A DNA stretch of 64,000 bases from positions 6,176 to 70,175 of the forward strand of contig CAVZDJ010000050.1 of assembly GCA_963773975.1 (NCBI GenBank), written 5' to 3'. The notes under the pieces were generated by a model, which did no database searches, had not been told where the DNA came from, and saw only the letters and a list, made by a program, of their open reading frames with translations. The position numbers and the translations under genes were made by a program. Below are positions 8,799-17,321 of the stretch, piece by piece. Numbering within the stretch: the stretch's first letter is position 1; each line of letters opens with the position of its first letter. The stretch comes from an uncultured delta proteobacterium (lineage in GTDB: Bacteria > Desulfobacterota > Binatia > Binatales > Binataceae).

Positions 8799-9860
8799 TC
8801 AACTCGCGACGAAGCGCTCGGCATAGATTCGCTCGGGGCGCACGCCCAATTCCGCCAGGCGCCGGCGCGCCCCTTCGATCATCGGCGGCGGACCGCATAG
8901 ATAGGCCGCCGCCTCGCGATCGCTTATTGCCTCCACGCCGAGCGCGTCGACCGGCGTGCCCTGGATGAGCCCCGAAGCAGGGTCCTCGACCCGATCGGCC
9001 GAGAGCCGCACGCTTAGCTGCGGGACCCACCACTGACGCAACTCGATTTCGTCGCGGTAAAAGAAGGTCTTGTCACTCGCGCATCCGAAGCTCAGCAGCA
9101 TTTTTGGTTTCGGGCCGCTCGCGCGCCGAATCTCGTCGATCATCGCGAGAATCGGCGCGAGCCCGGTGCCGCCGGCCACGAAAACGTGCAGCCCCTTGCC
9201 TGGATGCAGGATGAATGCGCCGAGCGGGCCTTCGACTTCGAGCCGCTCGCCGGCGCGCGCCGTCCGCAGATATTCCGACATGACGCCGCCGGGAATTATT
9301 CGCACCAGGAATTCCATCTTCGGCAGATCGCGCGGCGTCGAGCACATCGAGTACGAGCGCCATTCCTCGGTGCCGGGCACCTTGATTCGGACGTACTGGC
9401 CAGCGTGGAACGAAACGCCGGCGCGGCGGTCGAGCGCGATCGCGAGTTTCGCGACCGAGGGCGCCGGCCATTCGACGCCTGCCACGCGCGCTTCGAAATT
9501 GCGGCGCTCCTCCGCGTAGATCAGCGAACTGGGGTAGTGCAGCCGAACCACGCTCGGCGCGAGCGCGTGCGCGCTGCAGAGCAGGCGCTTGCCGTCGGCG
9601 ATTTCCGCCGCGATGAGCGAAAGCGCGCGGTCGCGCACCATCTCGAGATTTCCGCTCACCATCTGTCCCACGCAGGTCGAGCAACTTCCCGAGCGGCACT
9701 GGTGGACCAACGGCACACCCTGGCGCAGCGCCGCGTCGAGCACGAACTCGTCCGCCCCGGCTTCGATCTCTTTTTCGACCCCGTCCTCGAAACGCAGCGT
9801 CACGCGCTGAGGATTCGTGGCGGCGGCGGGCGGCGGCGTGGAACTTACTTCTGCGGGCAT
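8799..9860 (-). CDS. Rieske-oxygenase reductase (plant-type 2Fe-2S + FAD + NAD domains), OxoR-like
   Basis: CRSGSCSTC...C ferredoxin motif, WRSYSM FAD motif, VAGGTGLAP, YLCGPPPMI and ERFVAS. Start taken at ATG 9860 (MPAEV) so it does not overlap the oxygenase. Confidence 0.92.
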   Translation of the reverse strand: MPAEVSSTPPPAAATNPQRVTLRFEDGVEKEIEAGADEFVLDAALRQGVPLVHQCRSGSCSTCVGQMVSGNLEMVRDRALSLIAAEIADGKRLLCSAHALAPSVVRLHYPSSLIYAEERRNFEARVAGVEWPAPSVAKLAIALDRRAGVSFHAGQYVRIKVPGTEEWRSYSMCSTPRDLPKMEFLVRIIPGGVMSEYLRTARAGERLEVEGPLGAFILHPGKGLHVFVAGGTGLAPILAMIDEIRRASGPKPKMLLSFGCASDKTFFYRDEIELRQWWVPQLSVRLSADRVEDPASGLIQGTPVDALGVEAISDREAAAYLCGPPPMIEGARRRLAELGVRPERIYAERFVAS

Positions 9861-9901
9861 CGAGGCGAGCGTTTGGGCATTATCATCTGTTGTGCGGTCC
9901 G

Positions 9902-11089
9902 TCAGGGCCCGTTGGGCGATTCGGGCGGCTCCTGGATACCGCGATTGAAGCGCGCCGCGACTTTGCGCCAGGTGATGGTCGCGGCGTCGAAGGCGCACAG
10001 CAACTCGCGATTCCATCCGTCGCCCCGCTCGTAGAAATTCTGCATCGCCTCGCGCGCGAACAGGTCGTTGTCGTTGAAGTCGCGCAATCCCAGCGGCTCG
10101 AGGAAATTATCGTACAGGTAATCCGCTTCGCGCCGCTCCTCCTCGTTGCGGCAGCGGCCGACCAGGATTTCCCAGTACTCGTGATGCTTGTCGTCGGTCG
10201 GCACGTACCATTCGTATTGCGCCCAGCCCGGAATCGGCCAATGCTCGACCAGCAGGATGCCCGGCAGCACCATCGAGGTGCGCGCGTAGTAGGAGTTTTT
10301 GCCGCGCGCGCGCATGTTCACCGCCTTATTCTCCATGATGAATTTGTACGCGCGCGTGTTGTACATGTTCATGATGCCCTTGGGGCCGTCGGGCTCGTCG
10401 ATGATCTTGATCGCCCCCTCGCCGATCGGTTCTACCCCAAGGCCGAGCTTGCGATCGGTTGCCGCGACGATCTGATTGTCCCAGTGGATCAAAAGATGGC
10501 CGGGGTCGAAGCCGTTCTCGACCGCGAGGCGCCAGTTGGAGTTCCCGGTGCGATGGATTCCGCGGACGTAAACGTGCTCATCGAGGATGTGCGCGACGGC
10601 GTTGGCGTCATCGGTGATCCGGATCGGCATGTCGGCTTCCAGAGCGGGCAGCGGCGCGAAATCCTGGTCGCCGACGAAGACGAAGATTAGGCCGGCGCGC
10701 TCCACCACCGGATAGGTGCGGATGCGCACCTTGCCGATCAGCGGATCGTCGGGCGAAGCGACGATCGTCTTCAGCACGCCGTCGTCGAGGCCGTAGGTGA
10801 AGCCGTGGTACCAGCAGGAGAGCGTCTCGGCGGTCAGACACATCGGGCGCAGCGACATTTTGACCCCGCGATGCGCGCAGCGGTCGCGGAGCGCGTAAAC
10901 TTTTCCGCCCGAGCGGCGGAGCACGATATCGTGACCGGCCATCGTCACGCCCTTGACGCCATTCTCCGCCAGCTCGTGGCTGAACAGCGCCGGGTACCAC
11001 GTGTTCTTGAAGCCCCAGTCCGCCTCGACGTAGGGCGCGTACTGCCGGCTGGCCGAAATCGCACTGGAGCTTCGCTCGCTACCGGCCAT
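9902..11089 (-). CDS. oxoO: Rieske non-heme iron oxygenase, 2-oxo-1,2-dihydroquinoline 8-monooxygenase (OxoO)/CarAa family
   Basis: Rieske motif CAHRG...CWYHG and mononuclear Fe motif ENGFDPGHLLIH. WGFKNTWYPALFSHEL, QYEWYVP, HEYWEILV, FNDNDLFAREAMQNFY and ITWRK match OxoO as I recall it. GGAGAG RBS before ATG 11089. Substrate not established. Confidence 0.88.
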   Translation of the reverse strand: MAGSERSSSAISASRQYAPYVEADWGFKNTWYPALFSHELAENGVKGVTMAGHDIVLRRSGGKVYALRDRCAHRGVKMSLRPMCLTAETLSCWYHGFTYGLDDGVLKTIVASPDDPLIGKVRIRTYPVVERAGLIFVFVGDQDFAPLPALEADMPIRITDDANAVAHILDEHVYVRGIHRTGNSNWRLAVENGFDPGHLLIHWDNQIVAATDRKLGLGVEPIGEGAIKIIDEPDGPKGIMNMYNTRAYKFIMENKAVNMRARGKNSYYARTSMVLPGILLVEHWPIPGWAQYEWYVPTDDKHHEYWEILVGRCRNEEERREADYLYDNFLEPLGLRDFNDNDLFAREAMQNFYERGDGWNRELLCAFDAATITWRKVAARFNRGIQEPPESPNGP

Positions 11090-11244
11090 GATCAGCTCTC
11101 CTCGCTCGCCGTTCACGCCCGCGGCGCTGTCCTGGGCTCGCCTGTGGGACCTTTGCCGGGCACGACGCGGCGCATGTTAGACTCATGGACCGCTGCTCGG
11201 CCCGATGTCAACTACGTCCGAATTCAAACCCGGAGACGTAAGTC

Positions 11245-12381
11245 ATGCACGAAGTGGTAATCGTTGACGGAGTTCGCACGCCAATCGGCCGCTCCAACAA
11301 GGACGGCTATTACAAAGATATCCGCGCCGACGACCTTGCCGTCATGTGCGTGCGCCGCCTGCTCGAGCGCAACCGCAAACTCGACCCGGCCGAAATCGAG
11401 GACGTGGTATGGGGATGTGCCAATCAGTCGGGCGAGCAGGGGCTGAATATCGGCCGCATGATCGCGCTCTTGGCGGGGCTACCGGTCGAGGTCGCGGGCA
11501 CCACGGTCGATCGCCAATGCGGATCGGGCTTGCAGGCGGTCAACTTCGCCGCGTACGAAATCATGACCGGCGCGGGCGAGGTCGTGATCGCGGGCGGCGT
11601 CGAGCAGATGAGCCATGTGCCGATGGGCTCCGGGCTGTTGCCCAATCCCAAGCTGCTCGACCTGTTTCCGCAGGACATGTTCGTGATGGGGCTGACGGCG
11701 GAGCGGCTGGCCGCGACCTACGGAATTACGCGCGAGCAGGCCGACGCGTTCTCGCTGCGCTCGCATCAGCGCGCGATCGCGGCGCGCGAGCGCTTCAAGG
11801 AAGAGATCGTGCCGGTGCGCCTGGCGAGCGGGCTGGTCGACGTCGACCAGGGTCCGCGCCCGGACACCAGCATGGAACGGCTCGCGGCGCTGAAGCCGTC
11901 GTTCAAACCCGACGGCGGCCAGGTCACGGCAGGCAACTCCTCGCAGGTATGCGACGGCGCGGCCGCGTTGCTGCTGATGAGCGCCGAGCGGGCGCGCGCG
12001 CTGGGGCTTAAGCCGATGGCGCGGATTCGCGCCACCGCGGTCGCCGGCGTAAGGCCGGAAATCATGGGATGGGGCCCGGTGCCGGCGACGCACAAGGTGC
12101 TCGGCCGCGCGGCACTCAAGATGGGCGATATCGACCTGGTCGAAATCAACGAGGCGTTCGCGGCGCAGGTGCTCGCCTGCAACACCGATCTCGCGATCGA
12201 CGAGAACCGGCTCAACGTCAACGGCGGCGCGGTCGCGCTGGGGCATCCGCTGGGATGCTCGGGGGCGCGGCTGATGGTGACGCTGACGCATGAGATGCGC
12301 CGGCGCGGCGCGCAACTGGGGCTGGTGACGATGTGCATCGGGATCGGCCAGGGCATCGCGACCGTGGTGGAACAGATTTAG
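11245..12381 (+). CDS. Thiolase (acetyl-CoA C-acyltransferase)
   Basis: RTPIG, DRQCGSGLQA (catalytic Cys), NEAFA, GHPLGCSG and MCIGIGQG. Confidence 0.96.
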   Translation: MHEVVIVDGVRTPIGRSNKDGYYKDIRADDLAVMCVRRLLERNRKLDPAEIEDVVWGCANQSGEQGLNIGRMIALLAGLPVEVAGTTVDRQCGSGLQAVNFAAYEIMTGAGEVVIAGGVEQMSHVPMGSGLLPNPKLLDLFPQDMFVMGLTAERLAATYGITREQADAFSLRSHQRAIAARERFKEEIVPVRLASGLVDVDQGPRPDTSMERLAALKPSFKPDGGQVTAGNSSQVCDGAAALLLMSAERARALGLKPMARIRATAVAGVRPEIMGWGPVPATHKVLGRAALKMGDIDLVEINEAFAAQVLACNTDLAIDENRLNVNGGAVALGHPLGCSGARLMVTLTHEMRRRGAQLGLVTMCIGIGQGIATVVEQI

Positions 12382-12408
12382 GGATAGCTGCCAAACGCGG
12401 GATCTCGC

Positions 12409-13374
12409 GTGAATCAGGACTTCAACAGCAAAAGGCTGGACTACAAGGCCCGCGATAGGATCGGCCGGGTCACGTCGGGCGGGCCGGCGCAGCCGCCGGT
12501 CAGCGACCTCTACTTCTATCTGACCACGGTTTCGTGGCCGGCACTGCTGCTCATAATCGTGGGCCTCTTCGTATTCATCAACTGCCTGTTCGCGCTCGGC
12601 TACATGATCGACGGCGGTGTGGACAACGCCCGCCCGGGCTCGTTCGCCGACGCCTTCTTTTTCAGCGTGCAGACGATGGCGACGATCGGGTACGGCACGA
12701 TGGCGCCGCGCTCGCTGGGCTCCAACATACTGGTGAGTATCGAGGCTCTTAGCGGGCTGGTCGCGCTCGCGGTAGTGACCGGGCTGGTCTTCGCCCGCTT
12801 CTCGCGGCCGACCGCGCGCGTGCGCTTCAGCCAGGCCGTAGTGGTCTCGCCACGCGACGGAGTGCCCTCGCTGATGTTTCGGGCGGTGAACCAGCGCTCC
12901 AACCGCATCGTCGAGGCGCAAATCCACGCCGTCTTCTCGCGCTGGGAGACGACCCGCGAGGGCGAAAGCATGCGCCGCTTCTACGACCTCCATCTTTCGC
13001 GCGCGCGCAACGCGCTGTTCTCATTGAGCTGGACCGTGATCCATCCGATCGTGGAAGGTAGTCCGCTGGTCGGCGAGACCGCGGCGTCGCTCAAGGCCTC
13101 GCGCGCGTTGATCATCGCCTCGCTGGTCGGGATGGACGAATCGTTTCTGCAAAACGTCCATGTGCGCTACGTGTGGACCGCGGACGAGATCGCCTGGGGT
13201 ATGCGCTTCGTTGACGTTTTGCAGGAACTGCCCGACGGCAGCTTTTCGATCGATTACTCGCGCTTCGACGATATCGTTCCCGCGCCGCCAGCGCCGCTCG
13301 ACGGCGCCGCCGCTGAAACGCGGGATGCGGCCGCGGGAGCAGCGGAAAAGGGCGAATTGGAACAGGGTGAATGA
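12409..13374 (+). CDS. Inward-rectifier potassium channel (KirBac family)
   Basis: AFFFSVQTMATIGYG filter, FARFSRP, GVPSLMFR, WTVIHPI and IDYSRF. Confidence 0.95.
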   Translation: MNQDFNSKRLDYKARDRIGRVTSGGPAQPPVSDLYFYLTTVSWPALLLIIVGLFVFINCLFALGYMIDGGVDNARPGSFADAFFFSVQTMATIGYGTMAPRSLGSNILVSIEALSGLVALAVVTGLVFARFSRPTARVRFSQAVVVSPRDGVPSLMFRAVNQRSNRIVEAQIHAVFSRWETTREGESMRRFYDLHLSRARNALFSLSWTVIHPIVEGSPLVGETAASLKASRALIIASLVGMDESFLQNVHVRYVWTADEIAWGMRFVDVLQELPDGSFSIDYSRFDDIVPAPPAPLDGAAAETRDAAAGAAEKGELEQGE

Positions 13375-13506
13375 GGGTCGCGCGCGAAGCCCGCGCACGC
13401 TGCCACCTTGCAAACACCCGCTTTTCGGGCCAGATTGCGATCGCGCTAATGAGCGCCGCCGGGCTGGTGGAATTCGCCGACCGCTGCGCGCTAAGATGAG
13501 GGATTG

Positions 13507-13752
13507 ATGGAAGCGCAGGAGATCAAGGAAATGATCGAACGCGGGTTGCCGGGTGCCTTGGTCGAGGTGCGCGACTTTACCGGCGGCGGCGACCATTTCG
13601 AAGCGCTGGTGGTCAGCGAGAGTTTCGAGGGCAAGGGCCTGGTCGAGCGCCATCAGGCGGTTTATGGCGCGTTGGGCGACGCCATGAAGGCCCGCATCCA
13701 CGCGCTGACGCTTAAAGTGATGACCCCCAACCAGTATCAGAACCGGAGGTAA
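13507..13752 (+). CDS. bolA: BolA/IbaG family protein
   Basis: GGDHFEALVVSESFEGKGLVERHQAVY...IHALTL. Confidence 0.95.
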   Translation: MEAQEIKEMIERGLPGALVEVRDFTGGGDHFEALVVSESFEGKGLVERHQAVYGALGDAMKARIHALTLKVMTPNQYQNRR

Positions 13753-13760
13753 GAGTTCAG

Positions 13761-14093
13761 ATGGCCGATCCAATCGAGCGAATCCGTACGGCGATCAACA
13801 GCGACAAGATCGTCATTTTCATGAAGGGCAACCGCAATTTTCCGCAATGCGGATTCTCGGCCGCGACGGTCGAGGTGTTCGAAGAATTGGGCGCGCGCTA
13901 CAGCACGGTCGACGTGCTCGCCGACCAGGAAGTGCGCGACGCGATCAAAGGCTACAGCAACTGGCCGACCATCCCGCAGGTGTTTATCAACGGCAAATTC
14001 GTCGGCGGATGCGACATCGTGCGCGAGTTGCACTCAAGCGGCGAGCTGCAGACGCTGGTGAAAGCCGCGCTGGGCGAGAGCGCGCATCAGTAG
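13761..14093 (+). CDS. grxD: Monothiol glutaredoxin Grx4
   Basis: FMKG...PQCGFS, SNWPTIPQVFINGKFVGGCD; adjacent to bolA. Confidence 0.96.
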   Translation: MADPIERIRTAINSDKIVIFMKGNRNFPQCGFSAATVEVFEELGARYSTVDVLADQEVRDAIKGYSNWPTIPQVFINGKFVGGCDIVRELHSSGELQTLVKAALGESAHQ

Positions 14094-14196
14094 CAAATAG
14101 CGAGCGCTTTTCCGTGGGTGCGCGCGAGCGCGGCGTGGCGTCTGGCCGGTGTCGGCGAGCTCCCGCATCGCGCTCGTTCTATTTTCGCTAACCGCG

Positions 14197-14340
14197 TCAG
14201 GCGTCCGGCCTTGCGCCGCGCGCGAGGCTGAATCCCCCGGGCCCATACACCGCGACCATCAACACTCCGCCCATGATGCCGAGATTTTTTTCCCACTCGA
14301 TCGTCTCGCCCGTTCGCAACGTGGAAGATCAGGCGGGGGG
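14197..14340 (-). pseudogene. C-terminal remnant of a DoxX-family membrane protein
   Basis: The minus strand reads LIFHVANG / (1-bp shift) ETIEWEKNLGIMGGVLMVAVYGPGGFSLARGARPDA*, matching the DoxX C-terminal pattern FH...KNLxIxGGLL...GPGxFSL. No N-terminal part found. Confidence 0.6.
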
Positions 14341-14458
14341 TGAAGCTAAGCGATGGACTCACCGCGCAAAAAAATCGCCGGCGTCGTGAGGCTTGAATCA
14401 GGCGTGCGCGCTATCTAAGGTCGAAGCTCACAATCCAAGCCGGAAGGGGCACACCTCA

Positions 14459-15853
14459 ATGCTGTGGAAACCCGACCAGACCTTTTATCCTTCGCCGCGC
14501 ATGGCGATCGAGGGGCCGCGCGAGCGCCTGGGTTACGTCGCGACCTTCAGTCTCGATCCCAAGCACGGCAAACGTGACGCGATTAACGTGCTCGACCTCG
14601 ATCCCGGCTCGCCGAGCTTCGCGAGCGTGGTCGGGCGGCTCGAGATGCCCGACGCCGGCAACGAACTGCATCACTTCGGATGGAACGCGTGCAGCTCGGC
14701 GCTGTGTCCCTACTCGCCGCATCCGCACGTCGAGCGCCGCTACCTGCTGGTGCCGGGCCTGCGCTCCTCGCGGATCCATGTGATCGATACCAAGCCCGAC
14801 CCGCGCGCGCCGAAGATCGTGAAGGTGATCGAGGCCGAAGAGATCGCGTCGCGCGCCGGCTACAGCCGTCCGCATACGTTCCATTGTGGCCCCGACGCGA
14901 TCTACGTGAGCGCCATGGGCGGCGCGCACGGCGGCGGCCCCGGCGGAGTCTTCCTGCTCGATCACGAAAGCTTCGACGTGCTCGGCCAGTGGGAGGTCGA
15001 CCGCGGCCCGCAGTTTCTCGCTTACGACTTCTGGTGGCACATCGGCTACGACGTCGGAATCAGCAGCGAATGGGGCACGCCCGACATGTTCGAGAACGGG
15101 CTCAGCCTCGAGCGTCTGGTCAAAGGCGACTACGGCCATCGGCTGCACATGTGGGACCTCCGCAAACGCCGCCATCTGCAGGAAATCGACCTCGGCGCGG
15201 AGAATCAGATGGCGCTCGAGCTGCGGCCGGCGCACGATCCGACCAAGGCCTACGGCTTCGTCTGCACCGTGATCTCGACCAAGGACCTCAGCGCCGCAAT
15301 CTGGCTGTGGCATCGCGAGGACGGCAACGGCAAATGGGCGGCGCGCAAGGTGATCGAGATTCCCGCCGAACCTGCCGACCCGGCCTTGCTGCCGCCGCCG
15401 CTCAAACAGTTCAAGGCCGCGCCGCCGCTGGTCCCCGAAATTGCGCTCAGCCTCGACGACAAGTTTCTCTACGCTTCATGCTGGGGCACGGGCGAGATCA
15501 AGCAGTTCGACGTGAGCGATCCGTTCCATCCGCGCCAGACCGGGTCGGTGCGAATCGGCGGGATGGCCTCGCGCACGCCGCATCCCAAGGCCGGCAAGGT
15601 CAACGGCGCGCCGCAGATGCTCGAGATCAGCCGCGATGGCCGCCGGATCTACGTGACCAATTCGCTCTACTCGGCGCTCGACGAGCAGTTCTATCCCGAC
15701 GGCATTCGCGGATGGATCGCCAAGGTCGACGTCAACCCGGCCGGCGGCATCGCGCTCGACCCGAATTTTTTCATTCCCTTCGAGGGCGAACGTCCGCATC
15801 AGATCCACCTGGAGGGCGGCGACTGCTCGTCTGATTCGTTCTGCTACCCGTGA
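14459..15853 (+). CDS. Selenium-binding protein SBP56 family (SELENBP1/methanethiol-oxidase-like), no signal peptide
   Basis: ELHHFGWNACSS, LLVPGLRSSRIHVID, SRPHTFHC, AYDFWW, SSEWG, ALELR, PQMLEISRDGRRIYVTNSLY, QFYP and GGDCSSD. ATG 14459 follows an AAGGGG RBS-like sequence. Confidence 0.93.
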   Translation: MLWKPDQTFYPSPRMAIEGPRERLGYVATFSLDPKHGKRDAINVLDLDPGSPSFASVVGRLEMPDAGNELHHFGWNACSSALCPYSPHPHVERRYLLVPGLRSSRIHVIDTKPDPRAPKIVKVIEAEEIASRAGYSRPHTFHCGPDAIYVSAMGGAHGGGPGGVFLLDHESFDVLGQWEVDRGPQFLAYDFWWHIGYDVGISSEWGTPDMFENGLSLERLVKGDYGHRLHMWDLRKRRHLQEIDLGAENQMALELRPAHDPTKAYGFVCTVISTKDLSAAIWLWHREDGNGKWAARKVIEIPAEPADPALLPPPLKQFKAAPPLVPEIALSLDDKFLYASCWGTGEIKQFDVSDPFHPRQTGSVRIGGMASRTPHPKAGKVNGAPQMLEISRDGRRIYVTNSLYSALDEQFYPDGIRGWIAKVDVNPAGGIALDPNFFIPFEGERPHQIHLEGGDCSSDSFCYP

Positions 15854-16524
15854 CCGCGGCCTGGCCGTGGATCGCGATCGCCTTGCTGGGCGCCTATCAC
15901 GGCCTCGACCCGTCGATGGGCTGGTTGTTCGCGGTGGCGCTCGGGCTCCAGGAGCGCCGCCGCGCCAAGGTCTTCGCCGCGCTCGGTCCGATCGCATTCG
16001 GGCACCTGGTCTCGATCGCCACCGTGGTCGCATTGATCGGTTGGGCGCGATTCACGGCGGCGTCTCCACTGTTGCGCCCGGCCGGCGCCGCAATCCTGAT
16101 ATCGTTCGGCATCTTTCGCTATCTCTGGCCGCGCGCGCATCCGCGATGGGTCGCGATGCGCGTCAAATGGTATGAGCTTGCGCTGTGGTCGTTCCTGATG
16201 GCCTCGGCGCATGGCGCAGGCCTGATGCTGTTTCCGATCCTGATGGACATGCCGGGCGGCGCGGCGATGCATCGTCAGATGATGCAGGGCATGCATGGCC
16301 GTTTGATGCATCAATCGATGGCCGCGATGGGCTCGCTCTCGCTCGCGCAGGATGTGGCGGTCGTGCTCTTGCATACGGCCGCGATGCTGCTCGTGATGGG
16401 CACGATCGCCGTCGTGGTCTACGACCGCGTGGGACTGGCATTTCTGCGCGGCGCCTGGATCAATCTCGACGCGGTTTGGGCGGGCGCCCTCATCGCCGCC
16501 GGCCTGCTCTCGCTGCTGATCTGA
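15850..16524 (+). CDS. Integral membrane protein with Met/His-rich loop (NiCoT/UreH-like signature)
   Basis: The GTG start overlaps the SBP56 stop (GTGA). About six hydrophobic segments, LGAYHGLDPSMGW motif, and the loop MDMPGGAAMHRQMMQGMHGRLMHQSMAAM. Confidence 0.85.
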   Translation: MTAAWPWIAIALLGAYHGLDPSMGWLFAVALGLQERRRAKVFAALGPIAFGHLVSIATVVALIGWARFTAASPLLRPAGAAILISFGIFRYLWPRAHPRWVAMRVKWYELALWSFLMASAHGAGLMLFPILMDMPGGAAMHRQMMQGMHGRLMHQSMAAMGSLSLAQDVAVVLLHTAAMLLVMGTIAVVVYDRVGLAFLRGAWINLDAVWAGALIAAGLLSLLI

Positions 16525-16604
16525 ACGCTATCGCGCAGGGACCGTCCGCGTTGTACGCTCGTAACGGCTACTGATGGCCGGATCGCCAACGCCCGAGGCC
16601 CACG

Positions 16605-17321
16605 ATGCCCACCGCGCGTCTGCTGATAGTTGAAGACGAAGCAAAGCTGGCCGCCAACTTAGGGCGCGGACTCGCGGAGGCGGGCTTCGCCGTCCAGGTC
16701 GCGCCGAGCGCCGAGGCGGCGCGCGCGGCGCTGGCGCGGAATGGATACGACCTGATGCTGCTCGACTTGCGCCTGCCCGGTCAGGACGGCCTGGAATTTC
16801 TCGCCGATCTGCGCGCGGCCGGCGCGGCACTCCCGGTGCTCATCCTGACCGCGCGCGATTCCACCGACGAACGCGTGCGCGGCCTGGACGGCGGCGGCGA
16901 CGACTACCTGACCAAGCCGTTTGCTTTCGGTGAGCTGCTCGCGCGCGTGCGCGCGCTGCTTCGGCGGGGGGTAGCGGCTGACAGCCCCGTGCTCGAAGCG
17001 GACGATATAGTAATCGACACTTCGCGGCGCGCCGCGACGCGCGGGGGCCGCACGCTCGATCTGTCGCCCAAGGAATTGATGGTCCTTGAATACCTGGTGC
17101 GCCACGCCGGCCTGGCGGTCACCCGGGACATGATCGGCGAGGCGGTATGGGGCAAGGACTACAACGCGATGTCGAATATCGTCGAGGTCTTCATCAACCG
17201 CCTGCGTCAGAAAATCGAGCTGGTAAATCAGCCCCCGCTGATCGTAACGATCCGTGGCGCGGGCTACATGCTTCGCCTCGATTTGCCCGTGCGCAATAGC
17301 AAGAGCAGAGGCTCCGATTGA
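16605..17321 (+). CDS. OmpR-family response regulator (CusR/CzcR-like)
   Basis: LLIVEDE, LLDLRLPGQDG, LTARD, DDYLTKPFAFGELLARVRALLRR, NIVEVFINRLRQKI and TIRGAGY. Confidence 0.94.
   Translation: MPTARLLIVEDEAKLAANLGRGLAEAGFAVQVAPSAEAARAALARNGYDLMLLDLRLPGQDGLEFLADLRAAGAALPVLILTARDSTDERVRGLDGGGDDYLTKPFAFGELLARVRALLRRGVAADSPVLEADDIVIDTSRRAATRGGRTLDLSPKELMVLEYLVRHAGLAVTRDMIGEAVWGKDYNAMSNIVEVFINRLRQKIELVNQPPLIVTIRGAGYMLRLDLPVRNSKSRGSD

Noticed and set aside
14459-15853. Selenoprotein or Sec recoding in the selenium-binding protein
   Set aside because: No in-frame TGA within the gene; the family name does not imply selenocysteine.
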